A stretch of 62,956 nt of DNA, counting the filler. It is 4 parts of 4 records of this genome, joined end to end, with 100 filler letters (N's around TTAATTAATTAA, not from the genome) between each part and the next. Parts side by side here need not be neighbours in the genome. Positions count along the whole stretch, not along the records: positions 7,179 to 37,467 come from SRR31156797_3908; 3 more parts are not named here. One strand, given 5' to 3'. Made by a program: the position numbers and the translations under genes. Below the pieces are notes generated by a model, which ran no database searches, was not told the DNA's origin, and saw nothing but the letters and a program-made list of their open reading frames with translations. Shown here one piece after another: positions 10,545-21,308 of this stretch (within the stretch, counting starts at the first letter, position 1; each line of letters starts with the position of its first letter).

Positions 10545-11642
10545 ATGGCAGCTATAACACTAAAAAATATCGTAAAAAGTTACGGAAAAACCGAAGTCGT
10601 TAAGAGCATTGATCTGGATATTGATGACGGTGAATTTGTGGTGCTTGTCGGGCCTTCAGGCTGCGGTAAGTCGACGACTCTACGTATGATCGCTGGGTTA
10701 GAACAGGCGACATCCGGTGAGATCATTATTGGCGACCGAGTGGTTAATGATATCGAGCCACAGCACCGCAATATCGCGATGGTGTTCCAGAATTATGCTT
10801 TGTACCCACATAAGTCGGTACGAGAAAACATCGTATTTGCCCTGCGTCGATTAAAAGTGAAAGAAGACGAAATTCAACGTCGTTTAGTTGAAGTCTCAGA
10901 GATGCTTCAGCTCGATGGGTTACTGGATAGAAAACCGGCGGATCTTTCTGGTGGTCAACGCCAGCGTGTGGCGATGGGGCGTGCGATTATACGTGATGCA
11001 GATGTATTTTTGTTTGACGAGCCGCTTTCAAACCTTGATGCGAAACTACGTGGTCACATGCGTACAGAGATCGGGAAAATCCACAACAAATTTGGCCGCA
11101 CCAGTGTGTATGTGACCCACGATCAGGTGGAGGCTATGACACTGGCGGACAAAGTGGTGGTGCTTCATGACGGCTATATTGCTCAAGCGGGGACGCCGAT
11201 GGAGATTTATCTCAATCCGGTGAATATCTTTGTCGCGCAATTTATTGGTTCTCCTTCGATGAATATCATCAATGGCACCTTGTTTGCGGATTACTTACAG
11301 GTTGGTGACTATCAGTTGCCAAGAGATAAATTAACCAGCGTTGCTTATACTGACGAAATCCCAGAGGAAGGTTTAGCCGTAAAAGTAGGTATTCGTCCCG
11401 ATTTCTTTAACGATAAGAATTACTTCTCTGAAAGTGACGTCACTTATAACTTCCATGGTGTCACTATCGATCTCATTGAACCGATGGGGTTTGATAAAGA
11501 AGTGCTGTTTAATGTCGGCAATGATGTAGTGAAAGCGCGTTTAGACTTACGTTCGGAGATTGAACGTGGTGGTCAGTTGGATCTGTTGGTGGATCTTACG
11601 CGAGTGCTGATATTCGATAAACAGACAGAGCAAAGGTTGTAG
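10545..11642 (+). CDS. ABC ATPase, MalK/UgpC family
   Basis: [33 protein letters not shown] at 10545. Confidence 0.93.
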   Translation: MAAITLKNIVKSYGKTEVVKSIDLDIDDGEFVVLVGPSGCGKSTTLRMIAGLEQATSGEIIIGDRVVNDIEPQHRNIAMVFQNYALYPHKSVRENIVFALRRLKVKEDEIQRRLVEVSEMLQLDGLLDRKPADLSGGQRQRVAMGRAIIRDADVFLFDEPLSNLDAKLRGHMRTEIGKIHNKFGRTSVYVTHDQVEAMTLADKVVVLHDGYIAQAGTPMEIYLNPVNIFVAQFIGSPSMNIINGTLFADYLQVGDYQLPRDKLTSVAYTDEIPEEGLAVKVGIRPDFFNDKNYFSESDVTYNFHGVTIDLIEPMGFDKEVLFNVGNDVVKARLDLRSEIERGGQLDLLVDLTRVLIFDKQTEQRL

Positions 11643-11649
11643 TCATATC

Positions 11650-11677
11650 GAGAGCCTTCATTTGCTTGAAGGCTCTC
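11650..11677 (+). terminator. Stem-loop after the ABC operon
   Basis: GAGAGCCTTCA/TGAAGGCTCTC 11-bp stem. Confidence 0.6.
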
Positions 11678-11746
11678 ATTCGTGACAAACATCATTAGGT
11701 TATTGATTTTGTGAGTGATAAAATCCATGGCCGCACCAGATGCTTC

Positions 11747-11761
11747 TTTAAACGGTTTGAA
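11747..11761. promoter_or_regulatory. LacI-type operator candidate (autoregulatory)
   Basis: TTTAAACGGTTTGAA, a CG-centred imperfect palindrome just upstream of the LacI start. Confidence 0.45.
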
Positions 11762-11773
11762 ACAGAGTTATTT

Positions 11774-12787
11774 ATGTCTATCAAAAAATTAGCCGAGTAT
11801 TTAGGGTTATCTAAATCAACAGTTTCAAGAGCATTAAATGGTTACACCGATGTAAACCCAGACACTCGCCAAAAAGTGCTCCAGGCTGCACAAGAGATGG
11901 GCTATAAGCCTAATGCGACCGCACGCCGTTTAGCTTCTGGGCAGTCCCGTAATGTAGGGATCATACTTCCTGCAAACGAACGTATTTTCATCACGCCAGC
12001 GTTCTCAAGAATATTGGCTGGTGCGTCGACTTTGCTCTCTCGCTACGACTATCAACTGATTGTAACCACCATTGCTGAATGGCAAGACGAGCAGCAGGTG
12101 TATAACGATTTTATTACCAGCGGATTGGTGGATGGCCTGCTGATTGTGAGAACTCGAACTGACGATGAACGTCTCACTATGCTTAGAAAGCATAATTTTC
12201 CGTATGTCTGTTTAGGGCGTGACATCGATTGCGATCCTAATAGCTTCGTTGATGTCGACAACACACAGGCGTTTTACGAGTTAACCAAAAGACAGATTGA
12301 TTTCGGCCATACCAGAATCGCATTTTTGGATGCACCTGCCGAACTGACCCTTTCTCAATCAAGAAAGCAGGGGTATCTGAAAGCAATGGAAGAGTCCGGG
12401 CTGAAAGTCGACCAACGTTGGCTGCTTAACGGTGAGCTAAACCAAGGGGACGCGATGAAGCTTACCAAAGAGCTAATGTCATTGGCCAAGCGTCCGACAT
12501 CCATACTTTGTGCCGACGATACGATGGCTTTGGGTACAATAGCGGCTTGTGAAGAGCTTGGCTATCAGCCTGGGATAGATGTTGCGGTAGCGGGGTATGG
12601 CGATTATGACCACAGTCGATATTCGAAGCCTTCAATCACAACACTCAAATACGATACGTTCGCTGCTGGCGAAGAGATGGCGAAGTTAATGATTAACAAG
12701 TTAGAAGGTAAACGTTTTGAAACTAAGAACTGGTTTTACGCACAGATTGTTGCAAGGCAGTCTGATGAGAATATCATCGTTTCTTAA
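11774..12787 (+). CDS. LacI-family transcriptional regulator
   Basis: SIKKLAEYLGLSKSTVSRALNG HTH, YKPNATARRL hinge, periplasmic-binding-protein-like core. Confidence 0.93.
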   Translation: MSIKKLAEYLGLSKSTVSRALNGYTDVNPDTRQKVLQAAQEMGYKPNATARRLASGQSRNVGIILPANERIFITPAFSRILAGASTLLSRYDYQLIVTTIAEWQDEQQVYNDFITSGLVDGLLIVRTRTDDERLTMLRKHNFPYVCLGRDIDCDPNSFVDVDNTQAFYELTKRQIDFGHTRIAFLDAPAELTLSQSRKQGYLKAMEESGLKVDQRWLLNGELNQGDAMKLTKELMSLAKRPTSILCADDTMALGTIAACEELGYQPGIDVAVAGYGDYDHSRYSKPSITTLKYDTFAAGEEMAKLMINKLEGKRFETKNWFYAQIVARQSDENIIVS

Positions 12788-12817
12788 CAATCGCCTCTTT
12801 CTTATGAACAGATAAAG

Positions 12818-12854
12818 TAAGGGCGACAGGGTGTATGAAGCCCTGTCGCCCTTA
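12818..12854. terminator. Strong hairpin between convergent lacI and rhaD
   Basis: 14-bp perfect stem TAAGGGCGACAGGG/CCCTGTCGCCCTTA. Confidence 0.7.
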
Positions 12855-12897
12855 GGACGAGAACAGTCTTTCAGAGGGGCGAGATAGCCCCTAAAAA

Positions 12898-13698
12898 TTA
12901 CAGATTGAATACTTCTTTTAGAATATCCATGTTTTCTTTGGTTACACCTTCTGGCTCATAGCCTGAAGCCGTACACATCAGATACAGTTTTGCACCTTTG
13001 TTCGCTACGTCGATGTAGTCAAATGCTTGAAGTACGTCAGCACCAGAAGCAGTCGCACCGTGTTTTTCCCAAATCGCAACATCATGTTCAAGTAGCGCAG
13101 CGGTTGTACCGTCTGCCATTTCTTCAGAAGAAGGCAGGCAGTAAGGGATCATTGCAATACCGCGTGGAACGAATGCGCGAACTTCTGGCAACATCTTCCA
13201 ACATGTGTGTGTGAATAGCTCACTGCTTTTTGATATATCAGGATGATGAGAAAGTGCAATCAACTCTAGTGGGTGAGTATGAACCACTGAGCGGTGGTCA
13301 GAACCTGACTTGATTTTATCAACCAGAATTTTGATATGGCTGATGAATTCAGAGGTAGGTGCAAAATCAGAGCTCGCTTTACCCCCCCAAAGAATTTGGT
13401 AGCCGTTTGCTTCTGCGTTGATTTGCAATACACAACCTGCATATTGTGGGTCACGCAATTCACGGATACGCTGGCCTGTACCTTTTACGTAGTAAATACG
13501 GTTAGCGCTTTCCATTGGAAGTTGAAGAGGAAGCGCTTTTACCGGTGCATCTGCAGATGGAATTTCATCAAATAAATCAGTCACATCAACAGAGATATTA
13601 CCACCGTTGCGTTCTGCCCATTCGCGTTGCCATAGATATTGAGAAACTTCGCTGACTTTCTCGATTTCGCACATTACTGCGTCGTTTAATTGAATCAT
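12898..13698 (-). CDS. rhaD: Rhamnulose-1-phosphate aldolase
   Basis: WAERNGGNIS, PTSE, HTHP and WEKHG class II aldolase motifs; downstream of rhaA. Confidence 0.92.
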   Translation of the reverse strand: MIQLNDAVMCEIEKVSEVSQYLWQREWAERNGGNISVDVTDLFDEIPSADAPVKALPLQLPMESANRIYYVKGTGQRIRELRDPQYAGCVLQINAEANGYQILWGGKASSDFAPTSEFISHIKILVDKIKSGSDHRSVVHTHPLELIALSHHPDISKSSELFTHTCWKMLPEVRAFVPRGIAMIPYCLPSSEEMADGTTAALLEHDVAIWEKHGATASGADVLQAFDYIDVANKGAKLYLMCTASGYEPEGVTKENMDILKEVFNL

Positions 13699-13772
13699 GA
13701 TTTTTAACCTTTTATGTTTTTTTAACCAAACAAGCCAGATAGAAAATCTGACTTGTTTGTGTTGAGCATTCG

Positions 13773-15035
13773 TTACTTACGAGTTTCTAGGATTGTTGCT
13801 TCGTAGTCTTTAACGTCGTTAATCCAATCAAAACCTACTGGAACTTCGTTTTGTAGACAGTGGTAATCCCATACTGCAGCCCATGGTAGAGAGTGAGACT
13901 CTTCAATTAAGCCAAGGCGAGTCGTGTAGTCGAATGACTCTTCAGCAGCTTTAAGTGCTTCAACCGGTTCTAGCAGAGCTTTAAGCAGTGCTTTTTGTGC
14001 ATTACGAGTACCGATAACCCAAGCAGCGATACGGTTGATAGATGCATCGAAGAAGTCTAGGCCAATTGCAACGCGGTCTAGAAGCTTATTGCGAACGATT
14101 TCACGCATGATTGCTTGAGTTTCGTCATCGAAAGAGACAACGTGGTCTGAGTCCCAACGTACTGGACGTGTTACGTGTAGTTGTAGATCTTGTACGTAGA
14201 TCGAACATGCGCTGATTTTGTCACTGATAACTTCAGTTGGGTGGAAGTGACCGGCATCCAGACATAGAGCTGTATCACGAGTTGCTGCATAGGCTAGGTA
14301 GAATTCGTTGCTGCCGACCGTATAGGCTTCAGCGCCTATGCCAAATAACTTACACTCGACTGCATCTTTGTGATAAGACTTGTCGATTTTTTCTTCCAGA
14401 GCTCTGTCTAGAGAGTCAGCTAAGCGACTACGAGGAGACAGACGATCAACGGGTTGATCTTTCATACCATCTGGAATCCAGATGTTCATGAAAGAAGCTG
14501 AGCCAAGTTCACGGCCGAAGTACTCAGAAATCTTACGGCTTGCTTTAACGTGGTCAATCCAGAATTGACGGATCTCTTCATTTGGGTGAGATAGCGTCAG
14601 GCCATCATCTGCTTTCGGGTGAGAGAAAAGAGTAGGGTTGAAGTCTAAACCTAGATCTTGTTTCTTAGCCCATTCAACCCAGCGAGAGAAGTGCTCAGGT
14701 TTAATTTGGTCACGTTCAACATACTCATCAGCATCGATGTAAATTGCGTGAAGGTTAACGCGTTTTTTACCTGGGATCAGTGAGAATGCTTTTTCCATAT
14801 CCGCACGTAGCTGATCCGGCGTTTTTGCCGCGCCAGGGTGGTTACCTGTAGCTTGAATACCACCGCTTAGTGCAGTTTCTGGTGATTCAAAACCACGAAC
14901 GTCATCACCTTGCCAGCAGTGCATAGAAATTGGTGTTTGGTTCAATAGTTCCAGTGCTTTATCTGTATTTACACCGTACTTTTCGAAAACTGCTTTTGCT
15001 TGCTCGTAAGCTGAAACGATCTGCTCTTTACTCAT
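13773..15035 (-). CDS. rhaA: L-rhamnose isomerase
   Basis: [48 protein letters not shown]. Confidence 0.97.
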   Translation of the reverse strand: MSKEQIVSAYEQAKAVFEKYGVNTDKALELLNQTPISMHCWQGDDVRGFESPETALSGGIQATGNHPGAAKTPDQLRADMEKAFSLIPGKKRVNLHAIYIDADEYVERDQIKPEHFSRWVEWAKKQDLGLDFNPTLFSHPKADDGLTLSHPNEEIRQFWIDHVKASRKISEYFGRELGSASFMNIWIPDGMKDQPVDRLSPRSRLADSLDRALEEKIDKSYHKDAVECKLFGIGAEAYTVGSNEFYLAYAATRDTALCLDAGHFHPTEVISDKISACSIYVQDLQLHVTRPVRWDSDHVVSFDDETQAIMREIVRNKLLDRVAIGLDFFDASINRIAAWVIGTRNAQKALLKALLEPVEALKAAEESFDYTTRLGLIEESHSLPWAAVWDYHCLQNEVPVGFDWINDVKDYEATILETRK

Positions 15036-15046
15036 TGTTTTGTACC

Positions 15047-16489
15047 TTATTTAATAATCTGTTGGAACTGGGATTTGATTTGCTCTAATCCCTCAATTGG
15101 GTTGGCTGTAAACTGTTTAACATCTGAAGACGCATCGATAATTTGTCGACCTTCTTCCAGTGAAGTAATGATGTCTGACGCGATAAACTGGTTAATCACA
15201 TTACCTAGAGCCGAAGCTTCTGTAGGCTCAGTTGAGACACGGATCTGGCACACATCTGCACAAAGTTGGTTGAGGAATTGATCCTGATTGCCGCCACCAA
15301 CGATACGTAATTCGTTTATTGGTTTTCCTGTGACTTCTGCAAGCTCTGTCAGTACGTTGTCGTAAGCCAGTACTAAGCTGTCATAAATACAACGAACGAC
15401 TTCCGATAAGGTTTCGGGTGCTGCTAACTCGCGTTTAACAAACCAATTCTTAACCGCTTGAGTCATAGATTCTGGGTTCAAGAAGTCGTTGTCGTTAGGA
15501 TTAACAATGTACTTGAATGGTTGTGCCTGACGCGCCAGGATTGCCATGTCGGGGAAGGTGAGTGATGGATTTTCCGCTTTAATACGTTGGATTAACCACA
15601 ATCCCATGATGTTTTTTAGCACGCGGTAACGTCCATCAACACCACCTTCATTCGTTAGGTTGTACCGATAAGCCAGTTCACCGGTATACGGTTCAAAGCT
15701 CTCAATACCGACCAAAGACCATGTGCCAGAACTTAAATACGCCATGTTTTCATGTGCGATAGGGGTTGCTGCAACGGCCGAAGCTGTATCGTGGCTTGCA
15801 ACTGAACATACAGGTATAGACATCTCGCCTACTTGGTATTGACCTACGATACGATTTGGCATCTCTGGTGGTAGGAACCAGTCCGTTTTCGCGCCACATG
15901 CTTCGATAAGCGGTTTGCTCCAAACTTTTTGTTTGCAGTCTAAAAGTTGGCTTGTCGATGCATTGGTGTATTCACAATGCTTAACACCGGATAATTTGTA
16001 GTTCAGATAGTCTGGAACAAACAGTAGCGTATCAATATCGTCAAACCATTCAGGTTGTTGGTCGTGAATCGCTTTTAACTGGTTAATGGTGTTAAAAGGC
16101 AAGAACTGAATACCAGTGGTTTTGTAGATGTCTTGCAGAGTGAGCTGGTTATCCGCTAGCAGTTTTTCTTGTACGCCTTCTGTGCGAACGTCACGATAGC
16201 TAACAAATTCACCTAAATGCTTGCCAGATTTATCAAGAAGGACAAAATCCACCCCCCAAGTGTCAATACCTAATGAACAGACTTCGATGCCTGATTCAAT
16301 AACTTTATCGATACCAATCTTGATGTCGCCAAGGATCGAATAAAGATCCCAGCAAGACTCATTGCCGTGAACCACTTGCTGATTTTGGAAACGATGGAAC
16401 TCTTCTAATCGAATTTTCCCGTTTTCTAGGTAACCGACCATGACACGCCCGCTTGACGCTCCAAGGTCTATAGCAATCACTGCTTTCAT
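15047..16489 (-). CDS. rhaB: Rhamnulokinase
   Basis: [45 protein letters not shown]. Confidence 0.95.
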   Translation of the reverse strand: MKAVIAIDLGASSGRVMVGYLENGKIRLEEFHRFQNQQVVHGNESCWDLYSILGDIKIGIDKVIESGIEVCSLGIDTWGVDFVLLDKSGKHLGEFVSYRDVRTEGVQEKLLADNQLTLQDIYKTTGIQFLPFNTINQLKAIHDQQPEWFDDIDTLLFVPDYLNYKLSGVKHCEYTNASTSQLLDCKQKVWSKPLIEACGAKTDWFLPPEMPNRIVGQYQVGEMSIPVCSVASHDTASAVAATPIAHENMAYLSSGTWSLVGIESFEPYTGELAYRYNLTNEGGVDGRYRVLKNIMGLWLIQRIKAENPSLTFPDMAILARQAQPFKYIVNPNDNDFLNPESMTQAVKNWFVKRELAAPETLSEVVRCIYDSLVLAYDNVLTELAEVTGKPINELRIVGGGNQDQFLNQLCADVCQIRVSTEPTEASALGNVINQFIASDIITSLEEGRQIIDASSDVKQFTANPIEGLEQIKSQFQQIIK

Positions 16490-16521
16490 AATGCTTAACC
16501 ACCTCTAAGTATTTAGAAGTA

Positions 16522-16536
16522 TTAAAGCGGTTTTTG
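16522..16536. promoter_or_regulatory. LacI-type operator candidate upstream of rhaB
   Basis: TTAAAGCGGTTTTTG resembles the site at 11747-11761. Confidence 0.4.
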
Positions 16537-16632
16537 GTTGGGAATAACTTCAAATTTCAGCCACAGGAAATTTGGCTAGGGAGTTTTTGCAAAGAAAAGG
16601 CAGTTAGGATTCAAAATTTTGGAATTAGTCAT

Positions 16633-16660
16633 AAAAAAGCCAAGTATGAAACTTGGCTTT
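16633..16660 (-). terminator. Intrinsic terminator of psuKG
   Basis: AAAGCCAAGT/ACTTGGCTTT stem with U tract on the minus strand. Confidence 0.8.
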
Positions 16661-16690
16661 AGCACTACAGATTAAGGGGTGTAATATCTA

Positions 16691-17605
16691 TTACTTGCAG
16701 TAAGAGATAGCGATTGCTGAGGCGAGGCGAGCATTGTTTAAAACTAGCTGAATGTTACTGCTTAGGCTATCACCACCTGTTAACTCACACACACGAGCCA
16801 ATAAGAAAGGTGTTGATGCTTTACCGTGAATCCCTTGTTCCTCTGCTTCTTTTAGCGCTTGTTCAATAGCTGAATCAATCACATCTTTAGCCATTGCAAA
16901 CTCCGTTGGAATTGGATTTGCGATAACAGCGCCACCTTTTAGGTTTAGCTTTTGTTTGGCTTTCAGCACAGAAGCGATTTCCTGCGCTGAATCTAAGCGG
17001 TAATCAACATTGAAGTCGCTGGTTTGAGTATAAAACGCAGGGAGGCTTTCTGTTTTGTAGCCAATAACCGGAACGCCATGAGTTTCCAGATACTCAAGTG
17101 TCAGGCCAAGATCCAAAATCGACTTAGCCCCCGCACATACCACGGCAACGTTGGTTTGTGCGAGTTCTTGCAGATCTGCAGAAACGTCGAACGTTTTCTC
17201 TGCGCCACGGTGTACACCACCGATACCACCCGTTGCAAACACGCGAACGCCTGCCATATCCGCAAGGATCATTGTTGCTGCAACGGTTGTTGCGCCATGT
17301 ACGCCAGAAGAAACGACAAAGGGTATATCGCGACGGCTGACTTTCGTTACGCTTTGACCCGCTTTACCAAGTAGTTCGATTTCTTCTGGTGTTAAGCCCA
17401 CTTTCAAACGACCATTGATGATGGCTATCGTTGCGGGTGTTGCTCCGGCTTCACGAACAGTGTTCGATACTTTTAGTGCGGTTTCCACGTTTTGTGGGTA
17501 CGGCATGCCATGAGAAATGATGGTCGATTCAAGGGCAACCACTGGCTGATTATTATCTAATGCAGCGCGTACTTCAGGGTGAATATCTAGATAATCATTT
17601 AACAT
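16691..17605 (-). CDS. psuG: Pseudouridine-5'-phosphate glycosidase
   Basis: VALESTIISHGMPYPQN, ATGGIGGVHRGA, DVSADLQEL, TPFLL. Confidence 0.96.
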   Translation of the reverse strand: MLNDYLDIHPEVRAALDNNQPVVALESTIISHGMPYPQNVETALKVSNTVREAGATPATIAIINGRLKVGLTPEEIELLGKAGQSVTKVSRRDIPFVVSSGVHGATTVAATMILADMAGVRVFATGGIGGVHRGAEKTFDVSADLQELAQTNVAVVCAGAKSILDLGLTLEYLETHGVPVIGYKTESLPAFYTQTSDFNVDYRLDSAQEIASVLKAKQKLNLKGGAVIANPIPTEFAMAKDVIDSAIEQALKEAEEQGIHGKASTPFLLARVCELTGGDSLSSNIQLVLNNARLASAIAISYCK

Positions 17606-18695
17606 GGTTTGTCTCCATTAGACGTTGAACTGCGCGTTCTGAAATGCGCGGATTTATTGTGTCAGTAGATTGCGTCGCAAGTTCGGCGCAATGAAATGCG
17701 AATTCAATTCCTTGTTGCCAAGGCCAGTTCTCTAATGCGGTATGAGCGAGACCTGCCATAAGAGCATCTCCGGCTCCAGTGACATTAGTGACGTCCGTCG
17801 AGGTTGGTGTTAAACGGAGCGTTTCGTGTTGGTTGCTGGCGAAGATACCTCTAGAACCTAAGCTCAATACCACTTGTTTTACACCTTTATCATGTAAAGC
17901 GTCGCAAATACGGGGTAAATCGTTATCCGATTTGAGGTGAATACCACTGAGCAGTTCTGCTTCTATTAAGTTGGGTTTAAGAAGATCGATCTGGGCTAAG
18001 TAAGGTTTCAATTTGATGGCTTTATTTGCTGACACAGGGTCAACGTAGATACGGTTTTGCTCAGTACTGTTAAACAAATAGCCCAGAGCGTCGTCACTTA
18101 AATTGGCATCGAGAATAATCAAGTCACTGTGGGAAATGAGTGATTTATGCTTTGCCAGTTGTTCGGCATTGAGCTGCTCAAGGACTTTCATGTCATTGAG
18201 TGCCACAAGCATTTCACCTTGATTGTCGTGTATCGAAAGATACGTCGCTGTACGTCCAGTTTGGCTGCGGAGCAGGTGACCAACGCCAACGCCGGCATCA
18301 ACACAAGCCGCAATTAGTTGTTCACCCCATTGATCATCGCCAATGCTACTTAATAATTCTACTTTGCTTCCCAGTCTGGCTAAGTTATCTGCAATGTTAC
18401 GCGCAACACCTCCAGGGCTATAGTTCAGTGTCCCTGGGTTAGAATCTCCGTTCAGTATTGGAACAGCAGACTTACCACAAAGATCCATATTCGCACCGCC
18501 AATCGCCAAAGCAGTTTTTTGAGAAGTTAGTATGTAACCTTTACCCATAATCATTCCTTTGTTCGTCAGGTTCATAATGTGGCCAGCGACCGCACTGCGA
18601 CTGATTGACAATTGATCGGCAAGTTCTTGTTGTTGAATCATTGGGTTCTCGCGTAACAAGGCGAGAATTTGTTGCTCTCTTGGTGTCACAAACAT
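17595..18695 (-). CDS. psuK: Pseudouridine kinase (N-terminal HTH + PfkB)
   Basis: HTH ELADQLSISRSAVAGHIMNL, GGVARNIADNL, VTGAGDA; overlaps psuG. Confidence 0.88.
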   Translation of the reverse strand: MFVTPREQQILALLRENPMIQQQELADQLSISRSAVAGHIMNLTNKGMIMGKGYILTSQKTALAIGGANMDLCGKSAVPILNGDSNPGTLNYSPGGVARNIADNLARLGSKVELLSSIGDDQWGEQLIAACVDAGVGVGHLLRSQTGRTATYLSIHDNQGEMLVALNDMKVLEQLNAEQLAKHKSLISHSDLIILDANLSDDALGYLFNSTEQNRIYVDPVSANKAIKLKPYLAQIDLLKPNLIEAELLSGIHLKSDNDLPRICDALHDKGVKQVVLSLGSRGIFASNQHETLRLTPTSTDVTNVTGAGDALMAGLAHTALENWPWQQGIEFAFHCAELATQSTDTINPRISERAVQRLMETNHVK

Positions 18696-18917
18696 GTGTC
18701 CGCTAATCAAACATATGTTTATATTAAACTGAGATGGATATGGAATAGGTTGATCATGTTCACATTTTAAGCAATGCCAAAAGTGTTCATTAAGTGTTTG
18801 TTTTGTTCGTCGGTGGAAGAACATGAGGGATCAATGGGTGATTTAACATTGTGTTTAAGTGAAAGGATAAAGATAATGTTTGGCGTGTTAACCTTTCAGT
18901 TGCTGTGAATTGTCGTT

Positions 18918-19319
18918 TTGAAAAAGAAATCTCAGGATACTAACCACATCATTATCGCTTTCCCGTCTCTAATTAGGCGCATGGGAGGGGAGAATGTAAA
19001 ACAACTCAAAGAAATTGCAGCTCAGTTTCAATGTGAGTTAAAAAGAGTTCGGCGCTCTCGCAATTGGCAACTGTCAGGGAAGGTAGAAACTCTTGATAAA
19101 TTTGCCCAGCAAGTGAAAGGGCAAGAAGTTGTCCAAGATAGTCCTTTCTTCGTCGAAAAGGTATTGGCTGGAATACGTCCGCATCAACAACAATCAATGC
19201 CAGAACGTTTAGCGAAATTGATAACCGATAACCCTGCTATTACGTTAGCGGAAATGATGGAAAAAACGGGTTGTACTATCGCACAAGCCCGTTTAGCAAG
19301 AGATAAGGAAACACTGTAA
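18918..19319 (+). CDS. Vibrionaceae small protein of the 'RRF_GI' family (function unknown)
   Basis: ~130 aa with FPSLIRR and CELKRVRRSRNW motifs; C-terminal HTH-like ITLAEMMEKTGCTIAQAR. Confidence 0.65.
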   Translation: MKKKSQDTNHIIIAFPSLIRRMGGENVKQLKEIAAQFQCELKRVRRSRNWQLSGKVETLDKFAQQVKGQEVVQDSPFFVEKVLAGIRPHQQQSMPERLAKLITDNPAITLAEMMEKTGCTIAQARLARDKETL

Positions 19320-19325
19320 CGACGC

Positions 19326-20129
19326 TTAGCCTTCGTTTAGTAGCTCTTTTAGTACTACTAATACACCGTTGTCGTTGTTACTTGGCGCGCTAAAGCGTGC
19401 GTATTTTTTAACGCCCTCGTGAGCATTTTCTACTGCATATGAGTAATAACTCTCTTGGAGCATTTCTACATCGTTAAAGTAGTCACCAAAACTCATGGTT
19501 TGCTCATAGCTAAAGCCCAACTTGTTTTGTAAATGCTTCATTGCCGCACCTTTTGATGCAGTAGGATGCATCACATCTAGCCAAATTTTGGCACTCACGA
19601 CCACTTTCTGACTATCGCCGTAAGCGGGGTGTATGACAGGGTAGATGTGTTTTTCAGAACCATCGAAATGGCAGATCGCTACTTTTAGGAAGTCATCTTC
19701 AACCGTAAGCAGATCGTCAACTTCTGTGCAGCGATGGTAGTATTTATGAACTTCGCTACGAGCTTGATCATCCTTTGTTTCGATGTAGGCGGATTGTTTA
19801 CCACAGAGAACAATATGCGCACCGTCGATAGTTCTTGCAAGGCTCACTAAACCTTCAATAACCGAAGCCTCCAAAGGCTGGCTATAGAGTTCTTCTCCTT
19901 TGTACATAACCAAGGTACCGTTCTCTGCAATGAACATGATTTGATCTTTTACTGGCGTAAAGCTGTCTAAGAGGCTGTAATACTGACGCCCGGAAGCGGC
20001 TGCAAAGAGAATGTCACGCTCAACGAGCTTAGGGTGGATTTCAAAAAACTCTGGGTCAAACTTTCCATTTTCATTGAGGAAAGTCCCATCCATATCGGTA
20101 GCAATGAATTTTACGTTACGGTGTGACAT
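19326..20129 (-). CDS. Cof-type HAD-IIB phosphatase
   Basis: DMDGT, ASGR, ENG, SKG, FGDYFND. Confidence 0.92.
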   Translation of the reverse strand: MSHRNVKFIATDMDGTFLNENGKFDPEFFEIHPKLVERDILFAAASGRQYYSLLDSFTPVKDQIMFIAENGTLVMYKGEELYSQPLEASVIEGLVSLARTIDGAHIVLCGKQSAYIETKDDQARSEVHKYYHRCTEVDDLLTVEDDFLKVAICHFDGSEKHIYPVIHPAYGDSQKVVVSAKIWLDVMHPTASKGAAMKHLQNKLGFSYEQTMSFGDYFNDVEMLQESYYSYAVENAHEGVKKYARFSAPSNNDNGVLVVLKELLNEG

Positions 20130-20407
20130 ATTTGAATACTCTTTTACTTGTGAATGCGCTGGGTTACGTAGGAATAGCGTACCTTACAATGGATCGCGCT
20201 AAATGATAAGTGCGGTGTTGAACAGGTCGCTGGTTTCCTAACAATAAAATAGGTCAAACAGCGGATAGTATAAAAATAGTCGTACATTTTACATACAATG
20301 AACATGATTCTAAATTGGATCCGATAAGCTGCCTTAGATGGATTGATGTAACAGCAATCCGTTTATTTTTTAAAAGACCCTGAAGTGAAATAAGGTAAAA
20401 GTGGAAA

Positions 20408-21100
20408 GTGTTGGCTGTGACAATAAAGAATAGATTAAAGCAAGCGTTACTCACCGTTGCAGTTGTTGCTTTTGGTTTGCCTGTTGTTTTGGTTTTCATT
20501 TTGAAATTTGTCAATCCACCATTCTGGGGATGGAAAGTGTCACGAACGCTATTTCCTCCTCAAGGATATCCAGAATATTCACTGCATAAGTGGGTAGCGT
20601 TAGACGATGCTTCCCCGTTATTACCACTGGCAATTATGGCTTCTGAGGATCAACAATTTCCAAATCACTGGGGCGTAGATTTAAATGCGCTTATCTCTGT
20701 CGTAAAAGAGAGCGGTGAAGATGGGCCAAAACGCGGTGCCAGTACCATCACACAGCAAACGGCCAAAAATGTATTTCTATTTCCTAGTCATACCTACGTG
20801 CGCAAAGCTTATGAATTGTATCTGACTCTGCTAATAGAAATGATGTGGAGCAAAGAGCGGATCATGGAAATGTATCTCAATGTGGTTGAGTTTGGCCCGG
20901 GGATATATGGCGTTCAAGCGGCGAGCCACCATTATTTTGGCGTCTCTGCTAGTAACCTGACTCAATATCAAGCCGCGCAACTGGCGGTTGTACTCCCAAA
21001 TCCTTATAAGATCAGACCTGCACCGATGACGCGTTATGTTCAACAACGCGTGAACTGGGTGTTAAATCAAATGCGAAATTTAGGGTCGATGCCGTTCTAG
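20408..21100 (+). CDS. mtgA: Monofunctional peptidoglycan transglycosylase
   Basis: GT51 motifs SEDQQF, RGASTITQQTAKN, RKAYE, YLNVVEFG. Confidence 0.92.
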   Translation: MLAVTIKNRLKQALLTVAVVAFGLPVVLVFILKFVNPPFWGWKVSRTLFPPQGYPEYSLHKWVALDDASPLLPLAIMASEDQQFPNHWGVDLNALISVVKESGEDGPKRGASTITQQTAKNVFLFPSHTYVRKAYELYLTLLIEMMWSKERIMEMYLNVVEFGPGIYGVQAASHHYFGVSASNLTQYQAAQLAVVLPNPYKIRPAPMTRYVQQRVNWVLNQMRNLGSMPF

Positions 21101-21122
21101 TTTGAGGTTGTCTTAGTTAAGT

Positions 21123-21308
21123 TTAAGGCGATGATGTCTCGTCATTCTTGTGGTTGGCGATATAAAACTTGATGAATTTACGAATCTCTCTGGCGGCAGA
21201 GGTGTCTCGGTCTTCGCATATCGCAATAAATTCGTCGCGTTCTTCCCGGTTGATGCGCAGTAGAAACTGGCTGTCTTTTTTGTTCGATGGCTTCTTTTTA
21301 CTGCTCAT
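21123..21308 (-). CDS. Small ribbon-helix-helix-like protein
   Basis: ATG after AAGGAAA; beta strand SQFLLRIN followed by two helices EERDEFIAIC and SAAREIRKFI. Confidence 0.6.
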   Translation of the reverse strand: MSSKKKPSNKKDSQFLLRINREERDEFIAICEDRDTSAAREIRKFIKFYIANHKNDETSSP

